A DNA stretch of 64,000 nt, from the NCBI GenBank assembly GCA_031412915.1, contig JANODX010000054.1, forward strand, positions 13,126-77,125, given 5' to 3'. The notes under the pieces are model-generated. The model ran no database searches. It worked only from the letters and a program-made list of their open reading frames with translations, and was not told where the DNA came from. This stretch comes from Vicinamibacteria bacterium. Lineage in GTDB: Bacteria; Acidobacteriota; Vicinamibacteria; Fen-336; JAGNNV01. Shown here one piece after another: positions 9,312 to 17,419 of the stretch. Every line of letters starts with the position of its first letter. Positions within the stretch are counted from its first letter, which is position 1. The position numbers and the translations under genes were made by a program.

Positions 9312-9749
9312 TTAGGGGAGAGTCGGGTTTGACGGGGCGAGGAACTTCAACAGTTTTCGCGCCGTGGCATCGACAGAAGCCTGCTCTTGCTCCGTGAGGT
9401 CGCGCACAAAGGGGGCCTGGCCATCCCGGATTGCATGGAGTAGCAGGGCGTGAGGTTCTTTGCGGCGCGTGGCGGGTTGGTAGTTGATCTCCCGGATGAT
9501 CTCGCCACCGATGAGCCATAGGTTGTCGAGGTGGTGTCGAATCGTTCCGTCGGAGAGTCCTTGCTTGTGAAGATCAGTGATGAAGGGCCTGAGAAGGGCC
9601 ACGAGATCGCGGCCGACGGGTTCGTCCTCATCGTCGCCTGCCCAGCTCCTGGGCCAGTCCTCCATAAGGGTGGCCGTTTCCATAGCTGTGGGCTGACGCT
9701 TTGAGGCAGGCATGGCAAGAAACCTTTCGGGCCGCTGCGGTCCGGTCAC
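9312..9749 (-). CDS. Hypothetical protein (145 aa) encoded antisense within the ISL3 5' leader; possible passenger or accessory gene
   Basis: GTG start at 9749. The sequence looks protein-like ('VALLRPFITDLHKQGLSDGTIRHHLDNLWLIGGEIIREINYQP', 'LLLHAIRDGQAPFVRDLTEQEQASV'). GC3 is about 75% in a 41-codon sample I counted by hand. No plus-strand gene there could explain this. No family recognised. Confidence 0.45.
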   Translation of the reverse strand: MTGPQRPERFLAMPASKRQPTAMETATLMEDWPRSWAGDDEDEPVGRDLVALLRPFITDLHKQGLSDGTIRHHLDNLWLIGGEIIREINYQPATRRKEPHALLLHAIRDGQAPFVRDLTEQEQASVDATARKLLKFLAPSNPTLP

Positions 9750-9757
9750 AATGGCTC

Positions 9758-11002
9758 ATGTTCATCAAGACGATTCTCAACCGGTGCTATCCGATCAGGT
9801 TCTTCGTCTATGGCGACGCTCGGTTTGTCGGGAAAGAGATTCATGTCGTTGTTCGAGCGAGAAAGGGCTCTCTTGGTCATTGCGGAGAATGCGGCGAACG
9901 AGGGCCGACCTACGATACGTCGCGGAATCCCCGGCTGTTCGAGTTTGTCCCGCTTTGGGGGTTCCTCGTGTTCCTGGCCTACCGCATGCGGCGAATCAAC
10001 TGCGGGCCATGCGGTGTGCGCACCGAACGAGTTCCATGGGCTGATGGTAAGAACCGCTGCTGCAACGTCTATCGGCTGTTCCTGGCGCGTTGGGCGCGGC
10101 GCATCTCATGGAGTGAGGTCGCTCAGATCTTCGGCGTGACCTGGGGTGTCGTCAACCGCGCAATTCGCTGGGTGGTTGAGTATGGCCTGATCCACCGCGA
10201 TATCGACCATGTCACCGCAATCGGCGTCGACGAAATTGCGGTGTGGAAAGGACACAAATACCTGACCGTCGTCTACCAACTCGATCAAGGAAACCGGCGT
10301 CTGCTCTGGGTGGGGAAGGAACGAACGAAAGCAACCATCCGCGCGTTCTTCCAGATGTTCGGAGAGGCGCGAGCGAAAGCCCTTCTGTTTGTGGCCAGCG
10401 ACATGTGGAGGCCATACCTGGACGTGATCAAGCAGCAGGCGGGTCAAGCGCTCCATGTTCTCGACCGGTTCCATGTCGTGGCCAAGCTCAACAAAGCCGT
10501 CGATGAAGTCCGCTCCAAGGAAGCCCGCGAACTGGCGCGCCGTGGCTACGCGCCCGTCCTCAAGCACACGCGCTGGTGCTTCCTCAAGCGCAGGGAAAAT
10601 CAGACCGTTGACCAACGCCGGAAGCTCAAGGATGTTCTGCACTACGATCTGCGAAGTGTCCGTGCTTTCCTGCTCAAGGAGTCCTTCAATGCCTTTTGGA
10701 GCTACTCAAGCACCACTTGGGCGAGTTGGTTTCTGGATAAGTGGTGTACCCGCGCGATGCGCTCGCGGCTGGAGCCGATGAAGCGCTTCGCCAGGACCCT
10801 GCGCCGCCACCGCCCCCTTCTTCTCAACTGGTTCGCCGCAAAAGGGGAGATCGCCCTCGGCGTCGTCGAGGGAATGAACACCAACGCCAAACTCGCCATC
10901 AGAAAAGCCCGCGGGTTTCGAACCTACGAAGTCATGGAAACCGCCCTCTATCACCAGCTTGGCCGCCTACCCGAGCCAATATTTACACACAGATTCTGTT
11001 GA
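9758..11002 (+). CDS. ISL3-family transposase
   Basis: N-terminal zinc ribbon 'HCGECG...CGPCG'. 'IGVDEIAVWKGHKYLTVVYQLD', 'DRFHVVAKLNKAVDEVR' and 'EGMNTNAKLAIRKARGFR' are hallmarks of ISL3/IS1096-type transposases. The track ORF starts at TTG 9701. ATG 9758 (MFIKTIL...) fits the family N-terminus better. Confidence 0.85.
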   Translation: MFIKTILNRCYPIRFFVYGDARFVGKEIHVVVRARKGSLGHCGECGERGPTYDTSRNPRLFEFVPLWGFLVFLAYRMRRINCGPCGVRTERVPWADGKNRCCNVYRLFLARWARRISWSEVAQIFGVTWGVVNRAIRWVVEYGLIHRDIDHVTAIGVDEIAVWKGHKYLTVVYQLDQGNRRLLWVGKERTKATIRAFFQMFGEARAKALLFVASDMWRPYLDVIKQQAGQALHVLDRFHVVAKLNKAVDEVRSKEARELARRGYAPVLKHTRWCFLKRRENQTVDQRRKLKDVLHYDLRSVRAFLLKESFNAFWSYSSTTWASWFLDKWCTRAMRSRLEPMKRFARTLRRHRPLLLNWFAAKGEIALGVVEGMNTNAKLAIRKARGFRTYEVMETALYHQLGRLPEPIFTHRFC

Positions 11003-11459
11003 GGAGGCTTTTTTTTAGCCCCGGCGTGCCCTCCGCCTCGGCTGGATCGGGACGAGCCTCGCAGATGGTCTCGTTCACCGCGATCAGCTCATTGCTGAGC
11101 TTGCGAAATTCCTTGTAGCTTGAAACCTCTCGCTCAAACTTGTCTAGCTTGGCCCCGGGGCGCATGTGCACCGTCCTGGTCTTGCCTCCCACATTTCTGG
11201 TGAAGGCGTAGTACGGCCCGTGGCCGGGGTGATCGGTCGCGTGACAGTTACAGGTGGGTTTGCCGCAACAGCGAAAGGCCTCGGTGATCGAGCCCTTACG
11301 CATGTCACCGATATGGGTGATCTGTTTAAGGAGGTCATTACGTTTGGCTTCGAGGGCTGCAATGGGTTCAGGCACGGGTCTCCATTTCCGATAGGAATAA
11401 TACTCTCGGAAAGGGGAGCCTTTCGCAGCAATCGCACAATTACCCACAACATGACGCAC
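10983..11459 (-). CDS. Cys-rich small protein (158 aa), probable OrfA of the older two-ORF IS; its C-terminus was replaced by the ISL3 end
   Basis: 'EAFRCCGKPTCNCHATDHPGHGPYYAFTRNVGGKTRTVHM' is a zinc-binding-like motif. The last 8 codons plus stop lie inside the ISL3 IRR. Removing ISL3 and one TSD copy restores an ORF ending ...GLKKTSRRSSRKRPRAR* at about 9186, 65 bp upstream of the transposase start at 9120. Confidence 0.5.
   Translation of the reverse strand: MRHVVGNCAIAAKGSPFREYYSYRKWRPVPEPIAALEAKRNDLLKQITHIGDMRKGSITEAFRCCGKPTCNCHATDHPGHGPYYAFTRNVGGKTRTVHMRPGAKLDKFEREVSSYKEFRKLSNELIAVNETICEARPDPAEAEGTPGLKKSLLNRICV
11009..11016. repeat. 8-bp T8 target-site duplication, right copy, of the ISL3 element
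   Basis: TTTTTTTT directly after the IRR end (…GAGGAGGC), identical to 9227-9234. Confidence 0.6.
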
Positions 11460-11687
11460 GCCCCCCCGCGGGCGTCTCTTGCCTTGGTGGGTTTCGGAGC
11501 ACTAGAATTCAAATAGAATGAAGGTGGTCAAACTTGGAAGACGGTTGGGAGGCGTCGGGCTGGCCGGGGCTTGGTGCTTCTCTCCCCGTGACCCCGTGCG
11601 CCAGTCATGCTGGCCCTTCGCCTTTCTCGGCGTTGATCCGCTGCCCAGGGTTCAGCCCTGAACCCAGTCCTTCGGCTCGTAAGCGGT

Positions 11688-12395
11688 TTGGGCGGGCTTA
11701 TCGCCCCCGAATTCACGGGTCACATCCGTGAGCGTCGCTACCTTCTCCGAGAAACAAGCGCTCTTCGGCTTCAGTTGGCTCGTCTGGGATCTCTGGATGA
11801 TGTGGTGACTACCGTCCTGCAGAACCGAACGTTTCGAGCTGAACAGAAGCCTTCCGAGATTCTGGCATTGCTAAGAGCCGTGCGGGCCCTACACACGGCG
11901 CGCCTCTGCGAGATTGGGGCGCGTCGGGGGGGAACATTGGCCCTTTTTTCACAGGCGGCGGCTGACAACGCTCGGATTCTCTCGATGGACATGGCCTTCT
12001 CTCGCGCCCAGATATCCGCGAACCCCAGACTTGGCAGGGCTTCGCAGCAGGTCGCGTGCTGGAAGGCAGACTCTCACGACCGCGGGTTGCCCGCGCGAGT
12101 CGCGGAGTGGTCCGGAGGGGCGCTCGATTTCCTATTCATAGACGGAGATCACAGCTACGACGGGGTGCGACTCGACTACGAACTCTTCTCGCCCCTTGTT
12201 CGAAGTGGCGGACTTGTCGCCCTTCACGACATTGTGCCAGACGCAGAAACCCGCGGTCGCGGCAAGAGCGCGAGCTATTCAGGGGGAGTGCATCGCTTCT
12301 GGAAAGAACTGAAGGAGAACAACTCGTCTGCGGTTGAGCTTATCGATGACCCGGACCAGGATGGGTTTGGTATCGGAGTTGTGACTATCCCTTGA
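11688..12395 (+). CDS. Class I SAM-dependent O-methyltransferase (TylF/MycF / CmcI-like, 'Methyltransf_24'-type)
   Basis: 'RLCEIGARRGGTLALF' (motif I) and 'ALDFLFIDGDHSYDGVRLDYELFSPLVRSGGLVALHDI' are typical of the macrocin-O-MT/CmcI fold. The listed start is TTG and the real start may be downstream. Confidence 0.65.
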   Translation: MGGLIAPEFTGHIRERRYLLRETSALRLQLARLGSLDDVVTTVLQNRTFRAEQKPSEILALLRAVRALHTARLCEIGARRGGTLALFSQAAADNARILSMDMAFSRAQISANPRLGRASQQVACWKADSHDRGLPARVAEWSGGALDFLFIDGDHSYDGVRLDYELFSPLVRSGGLVALHDIVPDAETRGRGKSASYSGGVHRFWKELKENNSSAVELIDDPDQDGFGIGVVTIP

Positions 12396-12418
12396 GATGA
12401 AGGACCGGTAAGCATGAG

Positions 12419-12719
12419 CTAAGGCGCCAGGCGGTCCCCAATGGACCCTGCGGTCACTAAATCTCCGCGTGCTTTGGCCAGAACGAACTCGAAGTTCTGA
12501 GCTTGGCCCGTGTTCCTCTCGTGTCGGAAGTAACGGATTCGTGAGTCCTGGACGGTCAGAGAGCGGCACACCTCCGCGGTGCCGTCGGTGGAAGCATTGT
12601 CGGAACGATCAGCTCGAAGTCACGAAAGCTCTGGGCCTGGAGCGAAGCGATGGCGGTTGCGACCAGTTCCACGTCGTTGTAGACCGGCATCCCCAGACTC
12701 ACTCGGATCGCTTCGCTCG
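12419..12719 (-). pseudogene. Truncated, frameshifted family-2 glycosyltransferase remnant, paralogue of 15198..16184
   Basis: 'RVSLGMPVYNDVELVATAIASLQAQSFRDFELIV' matches the intact GT2 N-terminus 'RVSLGMPVYNDEALVGRAIESLQQQSLADFELII'. There is a 1-nt deletion near 12604 (gtt-ccg instead of gtt-tcc-gac). The +1 frame continues 'SDNASTDGTAEVCRSLTVQDSRIRYFRHERNTGQAQNFEFVLAKARGD', parallel to 'SDNASPDRTV...RQPVNGGQSTNFTFVLGQATGD' in the intact gene. Homology stops at about 12461, 65 bp from the methyltransferase stop. Confidence 0.6.
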
Positions 12720-12728
12720 TTCGGTCGG

Positions 12729-13838
12729 TCACGCGAGGATCCAGGCTCGCGAACGCTCTTCCGCAAGCATGAGGTACTCGGCCAGCTGGTTCCCCGCGAG
12801 GGCCGTCATTGGCTCTCCAGAATAGAAACCCCGGTACCACTGGGCGGTGAAGCGGGCGGCCTCAGGAAAGGTGAGCGTGGGTTGCCAGGACAACCGTCTC
12901 AGCGCCTTGTCGCAACTGAGCTTCAGCAGGCTCGCTTCCGGCTTGTCGCTTGCCTCCCTTCTGTCATAGTCGGGCGCGGGCCAGGTCTGCCGCATTTGTG
13001 CGATGAGGTCCGCCACAGTGTGGTCATTCTCCGCGGCGGGACCAAAATTGAAAGCCTCTCCAGCCAACCCAGGCCGACCTGCGAGCAGCCCGTGACCGAG
13101 CCAGAGATATCCGCTCAGCGGCTCGAGGACGTGCTGCCACGGGCGCGTCGCCAGAGGCGCGCGAACCAAGGGGGCACGGTCCTGAGCCCAGGCGCGGATG
13201 CAGTCGGGCACGATGCGATCCGCCGCCCAATCACCCCCTCCGATCACGTTCCCGGCTCTACCCGTGGCCACGTGGAGATTCGGCCGTGCGTTCAGGAATG
13301 ATCGGCTGTAGGCGCTGAAGGCAACCTCGGCTGCGGCCTTTGAGGCGCTATAAGGATCGGCGCCGCCCAGTCGGTCGTCCTCCCGATAGCCGTAGTCCCA
13401 CCCGACGTTTTCGTAGCACTTGTCGCTGGTGACAATGACCGCTGCCTTGACGTTCGACGCGTTCTTGAGTGCGTCGAGGACGTTCACCACTCCCATGACG
13501 TTGGTTTCGAACGTAAGCCGCGGTTCGTCGTACGCGCGCCGCACCAGCGACTGAGCCGCCAAGTGGAACACAACCTCGGCCTTGGTTCGTTCGATAGCGT
13601 CTTGGACGATGCCTGGATCGCGAACGTCCCCGAATCGGTGGTCAATCCGCGCCTCGATCCCAAGTGTTTCGAAATTGGAGGGTTCGGTCGGAACATCCAA
13701 CGAAAGACCGCTGACCTCTGCGCCAAGATTGAGGAGCCAGAGCGAAAGCCAGGAGCCCTTGAACCCGGTGTGTCCGGTCACCAGAATCCGCCGGCCCGCG
13801 TAGACGCCGCCGAATGCCCGCGCGAAGGGTGAAGTCAT
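12729..13838 (-). CDS. rfbG: CDP-glucose 4,6-dehydratase
   Basis: 'ILVTGHTGFKGSWLSLWL' and 'YSASKAAAEV' (catalytic YxxxK), extended-SDR length 369 aa. This is the classic RfbG/DdhB signature. Confidence 0.85.
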   Translation of the reverse strand: MTSPFARAFGGVYAGRRILVTGHTGFKGSWLSLWLLNLGAEVSGLSLDVPTEPSNFETLGIEARIDHRFGDVRDPGIVQDAIERTKAEVVFHLAAQSLVRRAYDEPRLTFETNVMGVVNVLDALKNASNVKAAVIVTSDKCYENVGWDYGYREDDRLGGADPYSASKAAAEVAFSAYSRSFLNARPNLHVATGRAGNVIGGGDWAADRIVPDCIRAWAQDRAPLVRAPLATRPWQHVLEPLSGYLWLGHGLLAGRPGLAGEAFNFGPAAENDHTVADLIAQMRQTWPAPDYDRREASDKPEASLLKLSCDKALRRLSWQPTLTFPEAARFTAQWYRGFYSGEPMTALAGNQLAEYLMLAEERSRAWILA

Positions 13839-13979
13839 GCAGAGATTCTATCAACGCCCTAAGCGATCCCTCGTCGCTTCACGAAGGGCGTCCCGGCTTC
13901 CGAAGTATCTCGCCGCTGCAGCAGGGTGAGGTTGGTGCCTCCGGGGCGCGACTCACCCAGTGGAGTAAGCTCGCGACGA

Positions 13980-15119
13980 ATGAAACTGCGCCTTCTGGAT
14001 TGGCTAGCCTGCCCGGTCTGCAGGGAGCCGCCTGGACTTAGACCATTCCGAACGGACCCCAGCAGCAGCCCGGGCGGGGCGAGCGATGTTACAGACGGCC
14101 TTCTCAATTGCGCGTGTGGGAGGGCCTATCCAATCGTGGAGGGCGTCCCACGCATGATCGATGGCGCGCTCTACGCGCACGGGGGGTTTCGCGAGCGGTG
14201 GGCGAAGGAAATCGCCGAGTGTGCGCTTCCAGATTCTGCCTTCCGGCCGCCATCAAAAGAGTTCGCTGCATTCATTCAGCCGACTCTCGACCGCTTCAAT
14301 GAGGAATGGCAGCGCCATCCTCTGGAGGAACGCACCTGGGGCCTCGGGCAAGCTGCCCGGCTTGACCACGCGCTTCGCTACTTGGGGTGGACGAGGGAAG
14401 AGGCTCGAGGCAAGGTCATCCTCGACGCCGGTTGTGGTACAGCCAAGCTAACCTGTGGGATGGCGACGTGGGGCGGCGAAGTGGTTGGCATGGATCTGGC
14501 TCCTGGATGCGTCCGGGGGTGGTCTCAACGAGATGCCCTCGCTGGCACGCACGCCGACCGGGTCCACATCGTTCAGGGTGACCTCAACGCGCCGCCTTTC
14601 CGGCCAGGCATTTTCGACGGTATCCATTCGACGGGAGTTCTTCACCACACCCCGAACACGAGACGAGCGTTCGAGCGCGTGGCGCCTTTGGTGCGGCCTG
14701 GGGGTTCATTCGGTGTGTGGCTTTACAAGCAAAACGAGAATCCCCTGAGTGGGGTGCCGTGGCTTCCGTTTGTGCGCGCTCGGTGGGCATTGATGAGCTA
14801 TTCCGATCTACGACAGGTAACGACGCGGCTCCCCCCTCGGGTCCTCTACGTGCTCATCAGCGCGTATGCATACCTGTTCCACGCCCTCTACTCAACCGCC
14901 GCCCGTCTCCGCGGAAGACGGCATGACCAGACCGCACGAGAGAGAACCACGAGCCTCTTCGACTCGCTGGCGCCGCCATTTGACTGGAAACACAACTTCG
15001 AGGAGGTTAGGGGATGGTTCCTCGAAGCTGGATTCGATGATGTGCGGGATTCGTCTCTTCCCGACGACGCCAACGGATTCGCTGTGACTGGGCGCCGTTC
15101 CTTCTCGGACGTTCGATAG
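13980..15119 (+). CDS. Class I SAM-dependent methyltransferase with N-terminal Trm112-like zinc-ribbon domain
   Basis: 'LLDWLACPVCREP...LLNCACGRAYPIVEGVPRMI' is a Trm112p-like domain. 'VILDAGCGTAKLTCGMA' is motif I. 'VHIVQGDLNAPPF...FDGIHSTGVLHHTPN' and 'LVRPGGSFGVWLY'. The track ORF starts at GTG 13926; ATG 13980 is more likely. Confidence 0.7.
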   Translation: MKLRLLDWLACPVCREPPGLRPFRTDPSSSPGGASDVTDGLLNCACGRAYPIVEGVPRMIDGALYAHGGFRERWAKEIAECALPDSAFRPPSKEFAAFIQPTLDRFNEEWQRHPLEERTWGLGQAARLDHALRYLGWTREEARGKVILDAGCGTAKLTCGMATWGGEVVGMDLAPGCVRGWSQRDALAGTHADRVHIVQGDLNAPPFRPGIFDGIHSTGVLHHTPNTRRAFERVAPLVRPGGSFGVWLYKQNENPLSGVPWLPFVRARWALMSYSDLRQVTTRLPPRVLYVLISAYAYLFHALYSTAARLRGRRHDQTARERTTSLFDSLAPPFDWKHNFEEVRGWFLEAGFDDVRDSSLPDDANGFAVTGRRSFSDVR

Positions 15120-15197
15120 CGCCTGGCCCGAGACTGTTAGTAGCTCGCTCGCATCCTGGGCAGCGCAATCCCGTGAGGGGCACCGCGAGTTTGGCAG

Positions 15198-16184
15198 CTA
15201 GGGTACAGCCCCATTTCCAGGGGACATTGCGCGTCTGGCCTCGGAGACTCGTCGCTTCAGCGCCGCAAAGCACGACTCCCCGACAAGGAGCCGCACTGCA
15301 CGTGCTGCCGCATATCGGCCAAGTCCAGGAACTGGACGGACGGCATCGATCGCCATCCGTGCCGCCGTGGCAGGGATCATCGCAGCGACCAACGAAACCG
15401 ATCGCCCACCTCGGTGGCACCACCGCAGCAGCGTGAAGAAGACGTTCGAGAAGAGCAGGAGTTGAGCGGCGTACCAAAGAAAGGGACTGTTACTTCCGGC
15501 GTGGTAGTGGAAGCCGCCACCGCGCTTACGCTTCCGGAGAAGGGGAGGACCCTCGACCGGGACGATTTCCCCTCGGGCGAGCAGGAAGAAGAGCACGGGC
15601 ATTGAGATGTAGTAGGGCGACTCGGAGTTAGGACCCAGCCAGTGTGGGAAGGTCAGATCCGCCATCGCCTCCCGTCGAAAGAGGGCGTACTCGTGACCGT
15701 CGTCCCAATGCCAGGCCAGGGCGTGCAGCCTTGCGAGCGCTGTCTCGCCGCTGTAGTCGAAGTGGCGTTCCTCGATGATGCGATCGTTCGCATCGGTCAT
15801 CACGAAAGGGCCGAAGGCGCCGATCGCATCCGGTCGCGCCTCGATTGCGGCCACAGACCGCTGCAGGAACTCGGGGTGCCACGAATCATCGGAGCAGACC
15901 CAGGCGAAGTAGTCGCCGGTCGCTTGCCCCAACACAAACGTGAAATTCGTCGACTGGCCCCCATTCACCGGTTGTCGTACGACTCGAATCCTCGGATCGC
16001 GCAGGGCATAGGCTTCGCAAATCGAAACAGTGCGGTCCGGCGAGGCGTTGTCGGAGATGATCAGTTCGAAATCGGCCAAACTCTGCTGCTGGAGCGATTC
16101 GATTGCCCTCCCGACCAGAGCCTCGTCATTGTAGACCGGCATGCCCAGGGACACGCGAGGCCTGCGCGACGGAGTCTGACTCAA
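15198..16184 (-). CDS. Glycosyltransferase family 2
   Basis: 'VSLGMPVYNDEALVGRAIESLQQQSLADFELIISDNASPDRT' and 'FAWVCSDD' (DxD region). Confidence 0.8.
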   Translation of the reverse strand: MSQTPSRRPRVSLGMPVYNDEALVGRAIESLQQQSLADFELIISDNASPDRTVSICEAYALRDPRIRVVRQPVNGGQSTNFTFVLGQATGDYFAWVCSDDSWHPEFLQRSVAAIEARPDAIGAFGPFVMTDANDRIIEERHFDYSGETALARLHALAWHWDDGHEYALFRREAMADLTFPHWLGPNSESPYYISMPVLFFLLARGEIVPVEGPPLLRKRKRGGGFHYHAGSNSPFLWYAAQLLLFSNVFFTLLRWCHRGGRSVSLVAAMIPATAARMAIDAVRPVPGLGRYAAARAVRLLVGESCFAALKRRVSEARRAMSPGNGAVP

Positions 16185-16478
16185 CGCCTGGCGCGAGGGC
16201 GCGCGTCCTCAGGAGTGGCGGGCAGCCCTGCTCCCTGACATCGATGAGACCCGCCCGCGGCCAGCGGATAGGAACGATCCGTCGAACCCAGCGTGGCCCC
16301 GACTCGCCCGCCGCGACCTATGTTGAACTGACCGAACACACCCTGATGTTAGCAGCGATTCACCGCCCGAGCTGGGTCAGGAGGGGGCGTTTGGAGGCGT
16401 GGCCCCATCAAAGTAGCCCAAAGTACGGAGCCGGTCGGGCCTGCGCACTCGCCGCCAAATGGCTGCACCCGGGCGAAG

Positions 16479-17417
16479 TCATCCGGAGGGATTCCATGAT
16501 CGCTCCGGAGAATCCCCCATCGCTCCTCGAAGTGATTCAACCGTCGAGGCAACGCCCTCGGCGTGAGTGGTCCGAGCCGAAAAGTTCAGTTCCGACGACA
16601 GCCTTGTGATATCGGCCTCCACTATCGGGGCGACGAACGGTTCCGGTATCGCGCCCCAGGCGACAAGGTCCGGCCGGCCGACAAGCCGGGCGACCTCACG
16701 GATCAAGCTCCCGACCTCCACAGCGTGACCGGAACCCACGTTGACGGCGCCTTGGAGGGGAGAGAGGCCTATCAACGAGAGCGCTTCGGCGACGTCGCTT
16801 ACGTAGAGGAAGTCGCGCTTCTGACGCCCGTGCGTACAGGGCGCGGTTTCGCCCTTGAGCAGGCGGCTGGCGATGGAGGAAACCAATCTCTCACGGGGCT
16901 CACCGGGGCCAAACACGAAGAAGATCCGCGCCCAGGCGAGACTAAACCCAGTCTCGCGCGCATAGCGAATCAAGAGATCTCCCAGGGCGCTCTTGCAGGC
17001 TCCGTAGAACGTTGAAGGCTCGCGAGGCGCCGACTCGGCGAGGCGCTCCCCGGACCAGTCATATTCCGTGCAGGATCCCGCCGCCACCACGCGCTGCCCC
17101 CCAAGGCCGGCGAAGGTTCGGAGCAGCGAGATGCTTGCCTGGACAAAGGCGAGGTTGGCTTCATGGCCCTCCCCTGCCCACCCGCCCGGCACCACGGGCC
17201 AGGCGAGATGAATCAAATGCGAGGGCCGAACCGCCTTGACCAGCGTTTCGACACTCCCCGCGTCGCGAAGATCGCAGGCATGCCAGGCGGCGGCCGGGTC
17301 AAGCCGGCCGCCTAGTCGGGTTGCAGTGGCATGGACCTCCAGATTTCTCTGGACAAGGCTTCGGACAACATGCCTGCCAATGAACCCGGCCCCTCCGGTC
17401 ACGAGAATCCTTGGAGC
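16479..17417 (-). CDS. NAD(P)-dependent NDP-sugar 4-ketoreductase/epimerase (extended SDR, RmlD/RfbJ-like)
   Basis: Rossmann 'ILVTGGAGFIGRHVV' and catalytic 'YGACKSALGDL'. The track ORF extends to 17504 and overlaps the upstream gene. An in-frame TTG at 17415-17417 gives 'MSAPRILVTGG', so the start was placed there. Confidence 0.7.
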   Translation of the reverse strand, partial: APRILVTGGAGFIGRHVVRSLVQRNLEVHATATRLGGRLDPAAAWHACDLRDAGSVETLVKAVRPSHLIHLAWPVVPGGWAGEGHEANLAFVQASISLLRTFAGLGGQRVVAAGSCTEYDWSGERLAESAPREPSTFYGACKSALGDLLIRYARETGFSLAWARIFFVFGPGEPRERLVSSIASRLLKGETAPCTHGRQKRDFLYVSDVAEALSLIGLSPLQGAVNVGSGHAVEVGSLIREVARLVGRPDLVAWGAIPEPFVAPIVEADITRLSSELNFSARTTHAEGVASTVESLRGAMGDSPERSWNPSG

Positions 17418-17419
17418 AC

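Larger units (their letters stand above)
9235..11008 (+). mobile_element. ISL3-family insertion sequence (1774 bp) carrying an antisense 145-aa passenger ORF; inserted into an older IS
   Basis: IRL is GGCTCTCCAACGAAATCTATGGTCAC (9235-9260). The reverse complement of IRR 10985-11008 is GCCTCCTCAACAGAATCTGTGTGT. They match at 16 of 24 positions and IRL starts GGCTCT like many ISL3 members. A perfect 8-bp AT-rich direct repeat flanks the element, and ISL3 makes 8-bp TSDs. The transposase stop (11002) is 6 bp inside IRR. Confidence 0.6.

Noticed and set aside
9690-9757. Alternative ISL3 left end close to the transposase start
   Set aside because: The best match to the right IR in this interval is about 9 of 20. 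The 9235-9260 candidate matches 16 of 24 and is flanked by the perfect T8 direct repeat.
11001-11040. GAGGAGGC-T8-AGCCCCGGCGTGCCCTCCGCCTC looked like a hairpin/terminator after the ISL3 transposase
   Set aside because: The stem is imperfect, with no T-tract following a G/C stem. The T8 is better explained as the ISL3 target-site duplication.
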